DNA of 63,116 bases, filler included, from Kipferlia bialata (taxonomy: Eukaryota), in the NCBI GenBank assembly GCA_003568945.1. It is 7 parts of 7 records of this genome, joined end to end, with 100 filler letters (N's around TTAATTAATTAA, not from the genome) between each part and the next. Parts side by side here need not be neighbours in the genome. Positions count along the whole stretch, not along the records: positions 11,006 to 21,901 come from BDIP01001336.1; positions 22,002 to 32,895 come from BDIP01001337.1; 5 more parts are not named here. One strand, given 5' to 3'. The position numbers and the translations under genes are program-made. Shown here piece after piece: positions 12,605 to 26,889 of the stretch; positions within the stretch are counted from its first letter, which is position 1, and each line of letters starts with the position of its first letter. The notes below the pieces were generated by a model. It made no database searches and was not told where the DNA came from. It was given only the letters and a program-made list of their open reading frames with translations.

Positions 12605-15600
12605 ACGTGAGGGGGGCAATGTTATTGGAGGGGCCTGAGGGTTACAGCGGGACATATAGGTTATAGCTGAGTAATGAATAGTTACATAAACACCTGGCGT
12701 TGTAGTCAGCAGTGCTGACTACAATACTAGTAGTATGCTGACTCAGCACCCTCAAGTTGCAGTGTCTGAATACTTCATACATATATACAAAGTATGTATT
12801 TGTATACATAGTAGTACCTTCCCTGGTGTTGATGTAGTCAGTACCCTGAGGTTGCAATCTATATACATACGTATATATACATATGCATTAATATATAAAA
12901 TCATACCCGGTGTTGATGTAGTGAGCACCCTCAGGTTGCAGTGTCTGAATGCAGCATGCTTGTTGAGCAGGTAGGGCAGAAGGAGACAGAGACCGCCGTC
13001 ATCAACCATCCAGACCTTAGGTGAGAGGTCGGAATAGGGCATGCCCTCAAGTTGAATATATCCTGATAAGACAAATATAGTACCACTCAATGATACAATT
13101 CACGAAACCATATGAATCACTCACCAAGTCCAGAGCCGAACTGAATATGTATAAAGAATATCAAGAACTCACCAGATCTATCCTGGAGGGGGGTCTCTTG
13201 CCAACAGAGTTCTTGAAGGCCTGCTGGTCAGAGGTATATGAGTTGCCATAACAGTACTCCATATATCTCAACACATTGCAAGGCACCTTTGGTTCTTCTC
13301 TAGCTGCCTGTGCCGTTGTGTATCAGTATCAGAATCAGCATACTTTATAATTCAGACATTCTATACTTTGAAATGTACCTTAGCCTCCTCCCTTGCTGCC
13401 TGTGCCGTTGGGTATCTGAGTGGCATTGATCCATACATTATATATATGTATATATATAAACTTATATATATATTGTATTCCCACCTTAGCTTCCTCTCTT
13501 GCTGCCTGTGCCGTTGGGTATCTCAGGGGCATGGATCCATACACTATAAATCTGTATACGCATGTATAAATATATATTTACATTGTAATCCCACCTTCGC
13601 CTCCTCCCTAGCTGCCTGTGCCGTTGGGTATCTGAGTGGCATGGATCCAGACATTATATATATGTATATGCATATAGTATTATATATATGCATCATACCT
13701 TTGCCTCATCCCTGGCTGCCTGTGCCGTTGGGTATCTGAGGGGCATGGATCCAGACTGGGCCAGACTGCGCTGGAGGAGACGGCGGCACCTGCAGTATCA
13801 GGTGGCTCAACCCCAAGCTGTTGCAATGTGATAATACAAGCAAGAGATTAGACCAAATAGGTATAAAGGTGTCCACTGTACCTGTTGTTGCATATAGCAG
13901 CTGCCAGCACCGGCTCCTTGGCCAGGATGGGTATGGAGGGTGGTCTGGGGAGAGGGGGGAACTCGCTGGGGTCCTGTAGTTAGTATATGTCGCATACTAA
14001 TATATAAATATATCATGAATACATATACCTCTGGGGAATTGGGCTCCCTGACAAATGCCACATCAGACGCGGCACGGGTATATACAAATAGGTGTAATGT
14101 ATACACTATATTTGGACATATACCTCAGATGACCCAGGCTCTCTGACAAATGCCACATCAGACACGGCACACATAAATACACACATATATATACATGTCA
14201 ATTATTTTAGATATATACACACACACATATATATATAAGTCATGTATACTAGATAACTATACACAAACCTCTGTGGTGCCTGGCTCCCTGACAAATGCCA
14301 CGTCTGACACGGCATGGGTGGAGTAGAGGGGGTCGAGGTTCCTAGCCACAACTAGGCCATATCCTGCGCCATTAGAATAGGTAATCGCGTAGGTTATATA
14401 TTAATCGTACCTAAGGATGCGGCGTCTCTGAGCACCCCAACGTACTCCTCTGCTGCAAAACGTGTGCCCTCGTCAACGCTGTACTCGCCATCCTCTCCCT
14501 CTCCCTCTCTCTCGGAAGAGGGGTAGGGGGAGAGACCGAACTTAGTACGGACGGAGGACACAGCGCGTCTGGAGTCAAGATATAGGTACTAATAGTAACC
14601 CACATACACATACATATCAACACATACATTGTATCTGCAGAGTCGATGGATACATACATACCTGTACATGGCGTGTTGATCCCAGAGTCACAGTGACATA
14701 TATGCGAATATGTATACTCTTTGCATGTACTAATGGATATGTATATAAGTATCAACATACAATGTATTCTCATACCTGTACATGGCGTGTTGGTCCTCTG
14801 CCATCCCAGAGTCACAGTTGCGCCAGTCACTCTTGAACCCTAGCATGACAGTGTTGGGGCGCATCACACCTGGTGGTCAGTGGTGTCGTAACATATACTC
14901 ATGTATATTAAGCAATTTACCAATACAAGCAAGATACTAGTGTTGAGGCGCATCACACCTGGGGGTCAAGGTGTGTAGATCGACAAGGTATAGCCACAGT
15001 ATACTAATTCAGAACTCATACTGTTGACAGTAAACTTCTCATTCCCCTCTGAGAGAGTACTGTTGAATTATTGGAGTACCTATTCCATTTGATGTCAGGA
15101 GTGATCTAGCCCCCTCTCTGAATGACGATGCTATGGTGTTGCTGTAGGTGGCAGTGTTGGTCACAGGGGAGGCAGCCAGAAGGTAGCCAGTCAGTGCTCT
15201 CTCCCTATATGTTAGTTATATAGACAGAGAGAGAGAGAGAGAAGTAGAGTGGTCACAGGGGAGGCAGCCAGGAGGTAGCCAGTCAGGGCTCTCTCCCTAT
15301 ACATTAGATATGGCGAGAGAGAGACAGAGAGAGAGATACATAGAAGTGCAATTGAAACAGGGGAAGCAGCAATGAGGGCTCTCTCCCTATGGGTGAGAAA
15401 TAAAAACAGATCCATATACATACATATATATATATGTGTAGAGAGAGAGACAGAGATTAGTTGAAATTGACAGAGGAGCTCTCTGACCCAATATATACAG
15501 TATATGTAGTGACTACACTATATGGGCATATATGTGTATATACCTGACGTATCTAGCAGCCACTGCCTTCGGCCACTCCCTTGATCTCAGGGGTCCATCC

Positions 15601-18600
15601 CCAGCATAGACAACGTCACCAACAGACAGAAGACCATGGCCCTGATGTTAGACTGGATATAGAAATATAGTATACTGCCGATCTATACACAGCCTAGGAG
15701 TGTATTGATACTTGCACATATACCTTCTTAGTCATGTGTGCTGCTAGTGCCAGGAGGTGGGGACGGTGCATGGGACGGCCTGGCGTCACTCGCTACGAGG
15801 GAGCTAGAAGAGTACATGACTACAAAGCAATGAATCACAAGGAATCATGATTGATACAATAGTTGACGGTTACCTGTCAGGACTAGCATGTGGGGCCTGT
15901 ATGCCTTGACATCTGAGTGCAGGGACCTGGGGGTAAGTCTGCATACAGCATTATACATACAGTATTATACGTACATATTATATAAAGTAATATACATATG
16001 CCTTGACATTGGAGTGCAGGGACCTGGTGGTAAAGAATATTTATTGTGAATGCATATATTACATATTCATGAAGTACATGTATACCTAATACCCAGTGAC
16101 CATATGCTGTCCAGGGCTGTGGACACTGCTGCCACCTGGTGCCAGTCATCAAAGGGGAGGCGGGACTGATGGTTAGATATATATATACACACCAAACATA
16201 CCTACACACACATATATACACTTATACTCTCCATTGTTTGAAATACTTGCTAACCTGAAGCCTTGTGATATCCACCTCCCCATCGTCTGACCCACTACCT
16301 AATGATATAGAATAGTGGTAATATTGTGTAATATAATACTAAACAACAGTTAGACACAACAACCGATTTACCTGTAGCCTAGTGATATCGACCTCCCCGT
16401 CGTCTGACCCACTTTCCTCTCCATCCCCCTCACTCTCTCCCTCTCCCTCCCCCTCCTCTAGCATTGGGGTGGGGCTGATCCGGAAGGCAAGCTCAGAGGA
16501 TAGCCTGAGGTGAGCCATTACAAATATATATCCCATCAGGAAGATACATATATATTCGGTGTTCAAGACAAATTTACGGCTGAATGATTAGGCACACCAT
16601 GACTGTATACCTTGCTACATCCTCAGGTGACAGTGCAGTGGAGCCAGTGCGGGACAGGTTCAGATAGAGGAGCTGGGTCAGAGAGAGGGACTTAGGATAC
16701 AATATGTATCGAGAAGATACTACTATATATGGATACACTCACCGATAGTACGAGTAGGGTTCCTGCCCCTGTTGCGGGTGCCATTATGACCATGACTGAC
16801 ACACACATATACATACATATATGTTGATATACTAATGCACTTACCGACAATACTAAGAGTGTCCCAGCCCCTGTAGCCGGTGCCATTATGACCATGACAG
16901 ACACACACAGGGCAGCGCCAAACCAGGCAGAGTACCTAGAGTAAGAATAATATACAGTTGCAGCGGTTAAGAATCACTATAGACATTCTGACAGACAAGG
17001 AAAGAGCAGTCATATACCAGTGTAGTCCACTGATATCGAATATATATGGATACACTAGCATTATTCTGTACCTGTTCCATTACTGGAATGACAGTCTAAA
17101 CTGAGGGAGTATGTTCCTTATATGTATGACTATAACTGTATACACACATATATATACATACCTGTTCCAGTAGTTGAATGATGGTCTGAACATGGGGTAA
17201 TTTGTGATCCTTACGTATAGATGAATATATGTTCATACACACACATACATTATATATACATATGTAATATATATATATATATATATATATATACTATATA
17301 CATATACAATATATATATAAATATACCTGTTCCAGTACTGGAATGACGGCCTGAACTGTGGCGAGTGGGCACTGGCAGCTAGGGCAACGGCATAGTTGAT
17401 GAGGCCGTAGGAGACCTGGGGTGAACTGTATGGGAATGGATGTGTTCAAAGAGACAAATGAAAGAATATCATATCTGAGTGAATATATATTCATACACAT
17501 CACATTCATATAAACTCACACTCACCAGGAACAGGTTGCTGATGATGGGTGCTATGGAGTTGAGCTCTCCAATCATGATGCATCCAAAGGCAATGACACA
17601 CGTCAGCAGGGTGCCTGGTAGTTAGTAAGTATATATACACACACATATATATAAATATATATATCTACCTGCGTACATATGCTATAATCAGAGTGCTACT
17701 AGCAGTACATACCTAGGAGAGGCGAGTCATCCTTCCCCACCCCCTTTGCAAATCTGTTCAACAGAGGGACAGTCCCATCCTTGGCAAGGTTCTGGAGAAC
17801 TCTTAGGGGTCAGTCATAGTATAATACTAGAGACGCAATTGACAAATAGTGGGTTAGAATTCAATTCAACAACATAACACTCTCTACCTTGGTGCAGACA
17901 CCAGCATCGACAGACCGGCACTGAGTGATGATGCAAATACACCCCCATAGACCAGAGGCTGGAAGACGGAGAGGGCACCCATGACAAAGCCACTCTGAGG
18001 TTAGGGAGACGAGTTTAACCAATAGTAGTGTCATTAGTAACTACAATACTCATTCACTGCAGATATCAAGAATCTGACCTCGTCTAATGAAGGATCCCTT
18101 ATGACACTATATATATCTCACCTCATCTAGTGACAGTGCCCTGGGCACAAACATGGCAATGAGCCACAGGAAGACTAGGTAGATGCCTGGGGAATCAGCA
18201 GTAGTTGAGTGTAGGAATATATATGCGTATATATATATATAATGATTGGCATTCATTCATTGCCTATATCTGACGATATCATATGTACCTAGCTAGAGGT
18301 GTCCTCGTTGGATACATATATGTGTGTATGATAGTCAATACAAACAACAATTTACGGTCACAGTACCTGTCGCAGATGACACAGCCAACAATGTCAACAC
18401 GGAATGAATATATCCATAATTGCAATATTTGCCATAGTGTCTTATGCATACCTGTCCCTGAAGAGATAGCAAGCAGTGTGCCCTTTGGTATGTCTGAGGA
18501 GGGGTTCTCAAGGGACCCAGAGATGTTGGCACCGGCCATGATGCCAGTACTGGGGGTGAGATGTATACCTCGAGAGCACTTAAAAATAATATATGGAAAG

Positions 18601-18968
18601 TATATATGGGTGAGAAGAAACAAACAGAATAGGAAAGTCAATATTAGTGAAATATATATGGGATGCTGACACATAATCTACAACGCATTGATGTGAAAGT
18701 ATACACAATTAGGCAAATGCATCAATGTGAATATTAGATACTTACACTGCTGGGAAGAATATGCCTAGTGCCGCCATGAATGTCAGGGCACCATCAGCCG
18801 AGGAGGGGGAGAGGTTGTCACTGAGATAAGGGTGTTGGGAGAGAGAGAGAGGGAGAGAGTCAGGGCACCATCAGCCGAGGAGGGGGAGAGGTTGTCTCTG
18901 GAATAAGNNNNNNNTCAGGGCACCATCAGCCGAGGAGGGGGAGAGGTTGTCTCTGGAATAAGGGTGTA

Positions 18969-19010
<42 letters not shown>

Positions 19011-21871
19011 CAATGCTCCATCAGCCGAGGAGGGGGAGAGGTTGTCTTTGGAATGAGAGTGTAGGGAGTGAGAGAGAGAGAGAGAGAGAGAGCGACATAT
19101 GCCTATGAGAATGATATCAGGAAAATGAATATAGAGTATTTACTGTATAATTTATACTATCCATTAATTCCCACTTCATTCCCACTGCTCACTTGAGTGT
19201 GTCCATGAGTGGCATGTCTCTAGCCCCAAATGAAGTATATCTATGGAGTGTGTATATGTATCACTACTATATACAATATATATTTACTTACATATATATA
19301 GTATATACATTTGATACATATACTCACATGAGTGTGTCCATGAGTGGGATGTCCTCGTATGCCGTGCCATCAGTCACATTGCCCAGGGGGGCGCCTGAGT
19401 GTTAATACTAAGATATATATAAGGGGACATCATATATATATGTACATGCATAGTATATGGTAAATAGTATGTGGTGCCCTCAGTGACATTGCCAAGGGGG
19501 GCACCTGGGGTAAATGACCAGGTTCATAGATATGAACTATTCTTACTATCTTTACTGAACATACTGTGCACACTGCCCAGCAGCACAAGATTAGAAACTA
19601 CTCTGGACTGTAAACTCAAGACTTGTGTCATGATTCATGTATATAATAATCGTCGTTATGCTCACCTATGAATATGCTGAGCACACTGCCCAGCAGCACT
19701 ACCAGCAGGAACATGTCAGTCTGGGGTTAGAGGGCTCAATAATGATATAGCAGTACGGTATGTACTATATATATATGCACTATACTGATATACATTCATA
19801 TACTATATACTTTAACCAGCAGGAACATGTCAGTCTGGGGTCAGAGAGGATCAGTAATAATAAATCAGTACGGTAGGTAGTATATGTATGTATACTATAC
19901 TGATATCCATTCATACACTATATACCAGAAGGAACATGTCAGTTAGGTATACTAGAACTATGCGTATCACAATACTAGCTTCATAATACTAGCTTCATAA
20001 TACTACTAGCTTCGCTGTATATGACTATTGCAATTGTATGGTTCACAAAAGATGATAATGGTCTAGTAACTGAATACCTTGACCACCCAGCCCACCCCGA
20101 CCAGGACAATGCCTAGCAGGATGACAAGGAGGACAGTGCCCATGATCCTAGGGTTAATTGGGTATGAGTAACTGTAATTATACATATACATATATGAACA
20201 TATGACCAAGATGACAAGGAGGGCAGCGCCCATGATCCTGGTGTTAGAGTAATATGTACCAACTCTTTTGTGAACACATATTGAGTATAGCACCCTAGTA
20301 GAGAAGTGAGGGGAAAATAACGGGCAGGTTGATAAATAGGACAGTGCCTATGATCCTGGTGTAAGAGAAATATGATGACCAAGTATCTATATATACCTTA
20401 CGTCTGTGAGTGCATCCCCCGTGATACTTATCCCTGTCAGCCGGACCAGGGTCTCATAACATACACGTGTATATATATGTGTGTGTATTCAAACACACCT
20501 AACATCTGTGAGTGCGTCCCCAGTGATACTGATCCCTGTCAGCTGGACCAGGGTCTCAATGAAACCCAGGATGTACATGCTGACACTGATGCTGCCTAAG
20601 GGTAAGAGGACAATGCATATAGGTCAATATACAAATCATAATATACACAAAACATATATAGCAACCCAGGATGTACATGCTGACGCTGATGCTGCCTAAG
20701 GGTTATGTATGATAAGTAATAATTTCCTATGTTATCTTTTCTATATACTATACTATATAGTATACCCCCTTACGTGCTATGCTGAACATGAGTCCAATGA
20801 CACCATAGTACACACACACACACATACATACATAATATACAATATACACAATATATACCTGCTATGCTGTACATAAGACCAATGGCACCACCCCAGGCAG
20901 GGCCAAGCTGAGGGTGAGACAAAAGACATAGATATGTACATATATATAGAGAGAGGGGGAGAGAAAGGAACAATGACATACCCAACAATAATGAGGAATA
21001 GCGAACAGTATCTTGAGTATAGAAAAATAATGTGTAATAATGCTGTGAAGAATCAATACATACCGATCTGGACACCATGTAGTATATGTCCTAGTCCTAA
21101 GTATACCATACTATTATATATATGTGAATACTAAATAGTATCAATACCAAACATTCATGTCAGTAACCACATACCGATCTGGACACCATGTAGTATATGC
21201 CCCCGTTCCCGATGTGACCATTGGTGGCAACGGCAGACAGACTAAGAGAGGTGCAGAATGTGACACCCTGGAGTGAGAATATACAGAGAGAGAGAGAGAG
21301 ATGTGGCCATTGGTGGCAACGGCAGAGAGGGAGAGGGAAGTGCAGAAGGTGACACCCTAGTGTCAGTGCAATATATACGAATATAGATATATATATGGGT
21401 TTGGAGAGAGAGAGAAATATTGGTGGCAACGGCAGAGAGACTGAGAGAGGTGCAAAATGTAACGCCCTAGAGTGAATATATATGTATAGAGAGAGAGAAG
21501 CAGAGAGATATTGATAAGAATAATGGTGGCAACAGCAGAGAGGGAGAGGGAAGTGCAGAAGGTCACACCCTGGAGTGAATATTAGGTATATGTACAGAGA
21601 GAGAGAGAGAGAGAGCCATGTATGAATATTGGTGGCAACGGCAGAGAGGGAGAGGGAAGTGCAGAAGGTGACGCCCTAGAGTGAGTATTTGGCATATATA
21701 CATAGAGAGAGAGAGAGCGAGAGAGAGAGAGATGTGGTGAAGGGGACGCCCTGGAGTGAATACATTTAAAAGCATACGTACATAGGGAGAGGTGGCCAGC
21801 TGATATGATTGCATACATGTATACCTTGCATATGAGCACAATGGCCGTGGCCTGGATGGCACCGACATTGC
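11006..21871 (-). CDS. SLC12 cation-chloride cotransporter, paralog 2; partial at both contig ends
   Basis: Spliced motifs: [132 protein letters not shown]. Confidence 0.92.
12447..12643 (-). repeat. Young acceptor-side tandem echo: 3 near-identical units including the (TA)n(GA)n intron flank
   Basis: GTGAGGGGGGC(G/A)ATGT(C/T)ATTGGAGGGGCCTGAGGGTTA occurs three times, and the spacers between copies are near-identical. Confidence 0.85.
13286..13790 (-). repeat. Donor-side exon-echo array (4 partial copies of GSMPLRYPTAQAAR(D/E)EAK|GT)
   Basis: Full exon at about 13700-13790. Copies at about 13595-13650, 13485-13538, 13379-13432 and 13287-13324, each ending in AAG|GT. Confidence 0.9.
18784..19050 (-). 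repeat. Acceptor-side echo array (4 units of DNLSPSSADGAL) with (GA)n spacers; contains a small N gap
   Basis: CCATCAGCCGAGGAGGGGGAGAGGTTGTC occurs four times. Confidence 0.75.
21063..21752 (-). repeat. Five acceptor-side echoes plus one donor-side echo around the exon [31 protein letters not shown]
   Basis: Full exon at about 21174-21268. 5' copies at about 21304-21357, 21419-21467, 21523-21570, 21628-21676 and 21735-21751. 3' copy at about 21064-21088. Confidence 0.9.
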
Positions 21872-21901
21872 CTGACATAAGGGTGTAGAGAGAGAGAGAG
21901 A

Positions 21902-22001
21902 NNNNNNNNNNNNNNNNNNNNNNNNNNNNNNNNNNNNNNNNNNNNTTAATTAATTAANNNNNNNNNNNNNNNNNNNNNNNNNNNNNNNNNNNNNNNNNNN
22001 N
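21902..22001. other. Artificial contig linker
   Basis: N-run with TTAATTAATTAA at 21946-21957. Confidence 0.98.
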
Positions 22002-22081
22002 TATGTAATTTTGTACCATACCTTACGATAGGTCCTCCCTCTCCCTGGGTGTCAGGACCCTCTCTCTCTCACTCTCTCTAC

Positions 22082-22129
<48 letters not shown>

Positions 22130-22138
22130 CTCATTCTA

Positions 22139-22581
22139 GGTCCTCATATCCCTGGGTCCCAGGACTGAGTGCCACAAGGAGATACTCTCCATACTGTCGG
22201 GGTACTTCGAGGAGGTATATGTCTTATATAGATGTATAGCTATCTTCCTCTCCTAGCCTCTAGGTTGTTGTTCTTTACAGTCATTGCCACCCTCACCTCG
22301 GAGTGTGGCACATCTCTCTCTGTCTTTGTCTGTGTCTCTCTTCCTCTCTATTTCTATATATATATATGTGTGTGTGTATATACAGTCTGTACTTACACTA
22401 GGTCACTGTCCTAGCCAACTTCACCCCCGAGTGTGGTACCTGTGAACAGCCCAACGTGACATGGGTCAAGGGGGACACGCACAGGAGGTATATATGAGTA
22501 TGTATACATTTATACACAAATGTATGTAGATTCTATGTAGCATTTACCTTTGGAATGACTATGCCATGTCTCTATATATAT

Positions 22582-22613
<32 letters not shown>

Positions 22614-24305
22614 AATATCCAAGTGTCTAACCCCTAGGAATGACTATGCCTATGCAGGCCTTGGCAGATACTACCTCTCTCTCTCTCTTTCTCTACGAAT
22701 AGTATAGCGTATATGTATATGTATATATGTATATAGTAAGTAGTATATCATACCCTTAGGAATGACTATGCCAAGTATATATATATATCTATATATCTAT
22801 ACCAGTAGTATAACGTGTATATAAACTCACTCTCTAGGAACGACTACGCCAAGGCCTCTGTCTCTGTCTCTCTCCCCATATTCCTACTATACTAGTATAT
22901 ATTAGTATATACAGTCACTCACTCTCCAGGAACGACTATGCCAAGGCCGGCCTTGGCAAGTACGGTGCCTTCGATGCAGTGGTGATACCAGCAGATGAGG
23001 ACATACCAGTCACTGAGGTATATACTATATACTAAATGCCATATAGTGTACATCGACTGAGCTTCTCTAATAGTAGTATGTGTACATTATAGTATATATA
23101 ATATAGTAGATATATTATGTAAAAGTAGTATGGGTACTATGATACCGGAGGACGTTCCAGCGACAGAGGTTGTGATATACAGTGTATATGAAGTATACAT
23201 TGAGTGTATATTGGATACCCTACTAACCACTAGACCAACCGTGTCCATGCCACCGTGGCAGACTCCTCCAACTTGATGAGGACAGCAGCGGCTAGTCCTC
23301 TAATCAGTGGTATGTCTTGCATACTACATTACACACACATATGTTTCATATATATGTGTATATATATGTGTGTGTATGTTATATAATATATATAGTATAT
23401 ATTTGTATATCTCATATATATATGTGTGTATGATGCGGACAGCAGCGGCCAGCCCATTGATCAGTGGTATGTTATAGTATTATATATATATGAATATATA
23501 TCTATGTATATTCATTGTATATATGTATAGTGGATGTGTATATGCAGACTCCTCCAACTTGATGAGGACAGCGGCAGCCAGTCCTGTGATCTGTGTATGT
23601 ATATGTGGTGTGTCATAGTATCAGTGTCTATATAGCATGTGTATGGTATATACATGTTCTGCTACCTCTTCCGATTTGATCGTAGTCAGTGGGCAAATAA
23701 GCCATATATCTTCTCTATATATGTGTTTACATGTATAGTATGGCTATTCCTGTCACCTCAGCTGTGTAGATAGGATGGTACTCTCTCTACTCTCCCTCTA
23801 AACCCCATCTTCAGGCTCCAGATTAGTAGTTGTATTGTTGGCTCCCAACATCCTCTCCGCCATCCTATCTCTATGTATTGTGTAGTAGTATATATACTAG
23901 TTTATCTTACCCCCAGCTTCAGGCTCTAGATTGGTCGTTGAGCTCCTTGCCCCCAACCTCCTGTCTGCCATCCTCCCAGTTGACCTTGATACACTGGCCA
24001 CCCCTGGGTCTAGCAGGATGCACACATACGCAGTGTCAGCATTCTACAGGTACATTACTCTCTCTCTCTCTCTCTCTACACCCTCATTGTATATATACTA
24101 TATATATAGTATATGGTATATATGCATATATGGATATATATATATATACATACCTGGGTCCAACAGGATGCACACCTATGCTGTGTCAGCATTCTACAGG
24201 TATTATATACACACCTCCAGCCTTTGCAGTACTCCCCCCCTCTCCGCCCTTATTGTAGATCTGGCTCCATGGTGCCTGCCCTCTCTGACATCCTGCCCTT
24301 CTTTC

Positions 24306-24350
<45 letters not shown>

Positions 24351-25763
24351 ACCCTTACTTTAGGTCAGGCTCCATGGTACCTGCCCTCTCTGACATCCTG
24401 CCCTTCTTTTTTTCTCTCTCTCTCTCTCTCTCTCTACACCCTTATTTCAGATCTGGCTCTATGGTCCCTGCCCTCTCTGACATCCTGCCCTTCTGTGTCT
24501 TGCACCATGCACTGTGGCTTGACTTGCTAGGTATGTACATACACACACAAACATATATATATATATAGTGTATACCAAATATCCCTCACACTTAAGTGTC
24601 TGAGCATTGGCCAGTCTCTCTCTCTCTCCATATATATATATATATACATATACACATCTATACATAGTCTCCTTACCCTCCAGGTCTGTCTGAGCATGGC
24701 CCAGTGGAGCATGGCCTGCCATACTCGACAGGTATAGACATATATTATGCACTGTAATTATAGATGTATGAGAATATATACACATTCATGTATGTATATA
24801 GTCCAGTGGAGCATGGCCTGCCGTACTCAACAGGTAACAGTAGTAGTCTCATCAGTATACTAGTATACACGTATGTACACACACATACATATATTTATAT
24901 ATATATATTGCGCATACATGAATGTATATGTCCCTGTGGAGCATGGCCTGCCATACTCAACAGGTATAGACAGATATAGTATATTTGAATATACATACTT
25001 CTATATACTGGTATACTATAATATATGATGCAACGTATATATTTATATGGTGCAGATTCACTGTGGAGCATGGCCTGCCATACTCAACAGGTACATAGTG
25101 CTATTAACAAATACATACACACATATATATATATATATATACATCAACAAGTATAGACATATGTCAATGACATTCATGAGTGTATATAGTCCAGTGGAGC
25201 ATGGCCTGCCATACTCAACAGGTATATTGAGTGTATATGTATATATCTGTGTACTTCTATATCCTGGTATACTATATTGTATGATGCAATGTGTTTATGT
25301 ATAAGTGTTTGGTGCAGAGTCACTATGGAGCATGGCCTGCCATACTCAACAGGTATAGACAGATATATACATATGTTTACACACATATATATGTATACAC
25401 ATGTATGCATATACACATTCATGGATGTATATAGCCCTGTGGTAACTGGAGCATGGCCTGCCATACTCAACAGGTATGCGAATGTTTACATTTGTACAGA
25501 GATTCATATATGCTATGTATGCAGTGTGTTACCTATCTGTAAGGGTCCATATCCAACAGTTAACCTATAAATGTATACCATATGTATGTTACCTCACCTT
25601 AGGCGTAGTGTCCCAGGAGTGCACAGTCAGACAGTACTAGTATACATTAGTATATTTTGATTATGGTGTCTATTATCAATGAATTATATGTATGTTACCT
25701 CACCTTAGGCGTAGTGTCCCAGGAGTGCACTGTCAGACAGGTGTCCAGAGAGGTCATCAGGTA

Positions 25764-25799
<36 letters not shown>

Positions 25800-25898
25800 C
25801 TAGGTACAGTGTGTGCATACTGTATATCTATCTATGTATATATGTGTGTGTATGTATATATATACTACATGTGTCCAGAGAGGTCATCAGGTACTGTA

Positions 25899-25931
<33 letters not shown>

Positions 25932-26858
25932 CTAGGTACAGTGTGTGCATACTGGATATCTATCTATGTATATATGTGTGTGTATGTATATATCTTCTAC
26001 ATGTGTCCAGAGAGGTCATCAGGTACAGTGTATACAGTGTTTGTATAGAAACACTCTTTACATGTATTGTATATGTTGTATTTGTTAATGGATATATGTA
26101 TAGTACCGACACAGGTGTCCAGAGAGGTCATCAGGTACCGTCTCACTGTCGCTCTCTCTCAGGCTCTATTTCGAATGACTGACATGAGTCCAATTTCATG
26201 TATATTAGATTATACAGTATACTTATCATACGTCATATATTTGTGTATATCTATATACCATTCACTCTTATCTCCAGCTCTGGCTTCCTGGTTGTCGCCG
26301 TGGTGGCTGTCAGTCTATCAATGTGCTATTCTCTACTCTCTATATATACATTATTTACATCTATATATGTTCATTACCTCATCTCCAGCTCTGGCTTTCT
26401 GGTTGTGGCTGTCGTGGCTGCTCTCAGTGTTCTCTACTCTCTCTCTCTCTCTCTCTCTATGTATACTATCAGCAGATCTATATACCATACCTAATCATCA
26501 GCTCTGGCTTCCTTGTTGTGGCTGTCGTTGCTGCTGTCAGGGGGAAGGGCAGGGCACCCACTCATATAGCGCTAGGTAGACACATGTATATATATACCAT
26601 ATATGCTATATGTTATATAATATTATTGAGTATATTTCTATGTATTATTATACTGTCAGGGGCAAGGGAAGGGCACCCACACATATTGCACTTGGTATGT
26701 ATATGCAGTGTATGTATATACTGCTACCCCCAGACCCCCAGATTGTCACCTCCTGTCCAGTCTGTTCATATCCTCTCTCTCCGTATCTCTATATCTATAT
26801 CTCTATATCTTACCTCAGGCCACCAGATTGTCATCTCGTTGCCTCAGTGTCTCTCTCC

Positions 26859-26889
<31 letters not shown>

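Noticed and set aside
21174..21752. Dscam-like mutually exclusive exon cassettes
   Set aside because: Echoes have only one splice site and are truncated, so they cannot substitute as whole exons. They also encode the same peptide.
24684..25475. CRISPR-like look of ~28-nt repeats with unique spacers
   Set aside because: The repeats are exon tails ending in splice donors, the spacers are ~100-nt TA-rich intron sequence, there are no cas genes, and the context is eukaryotic.
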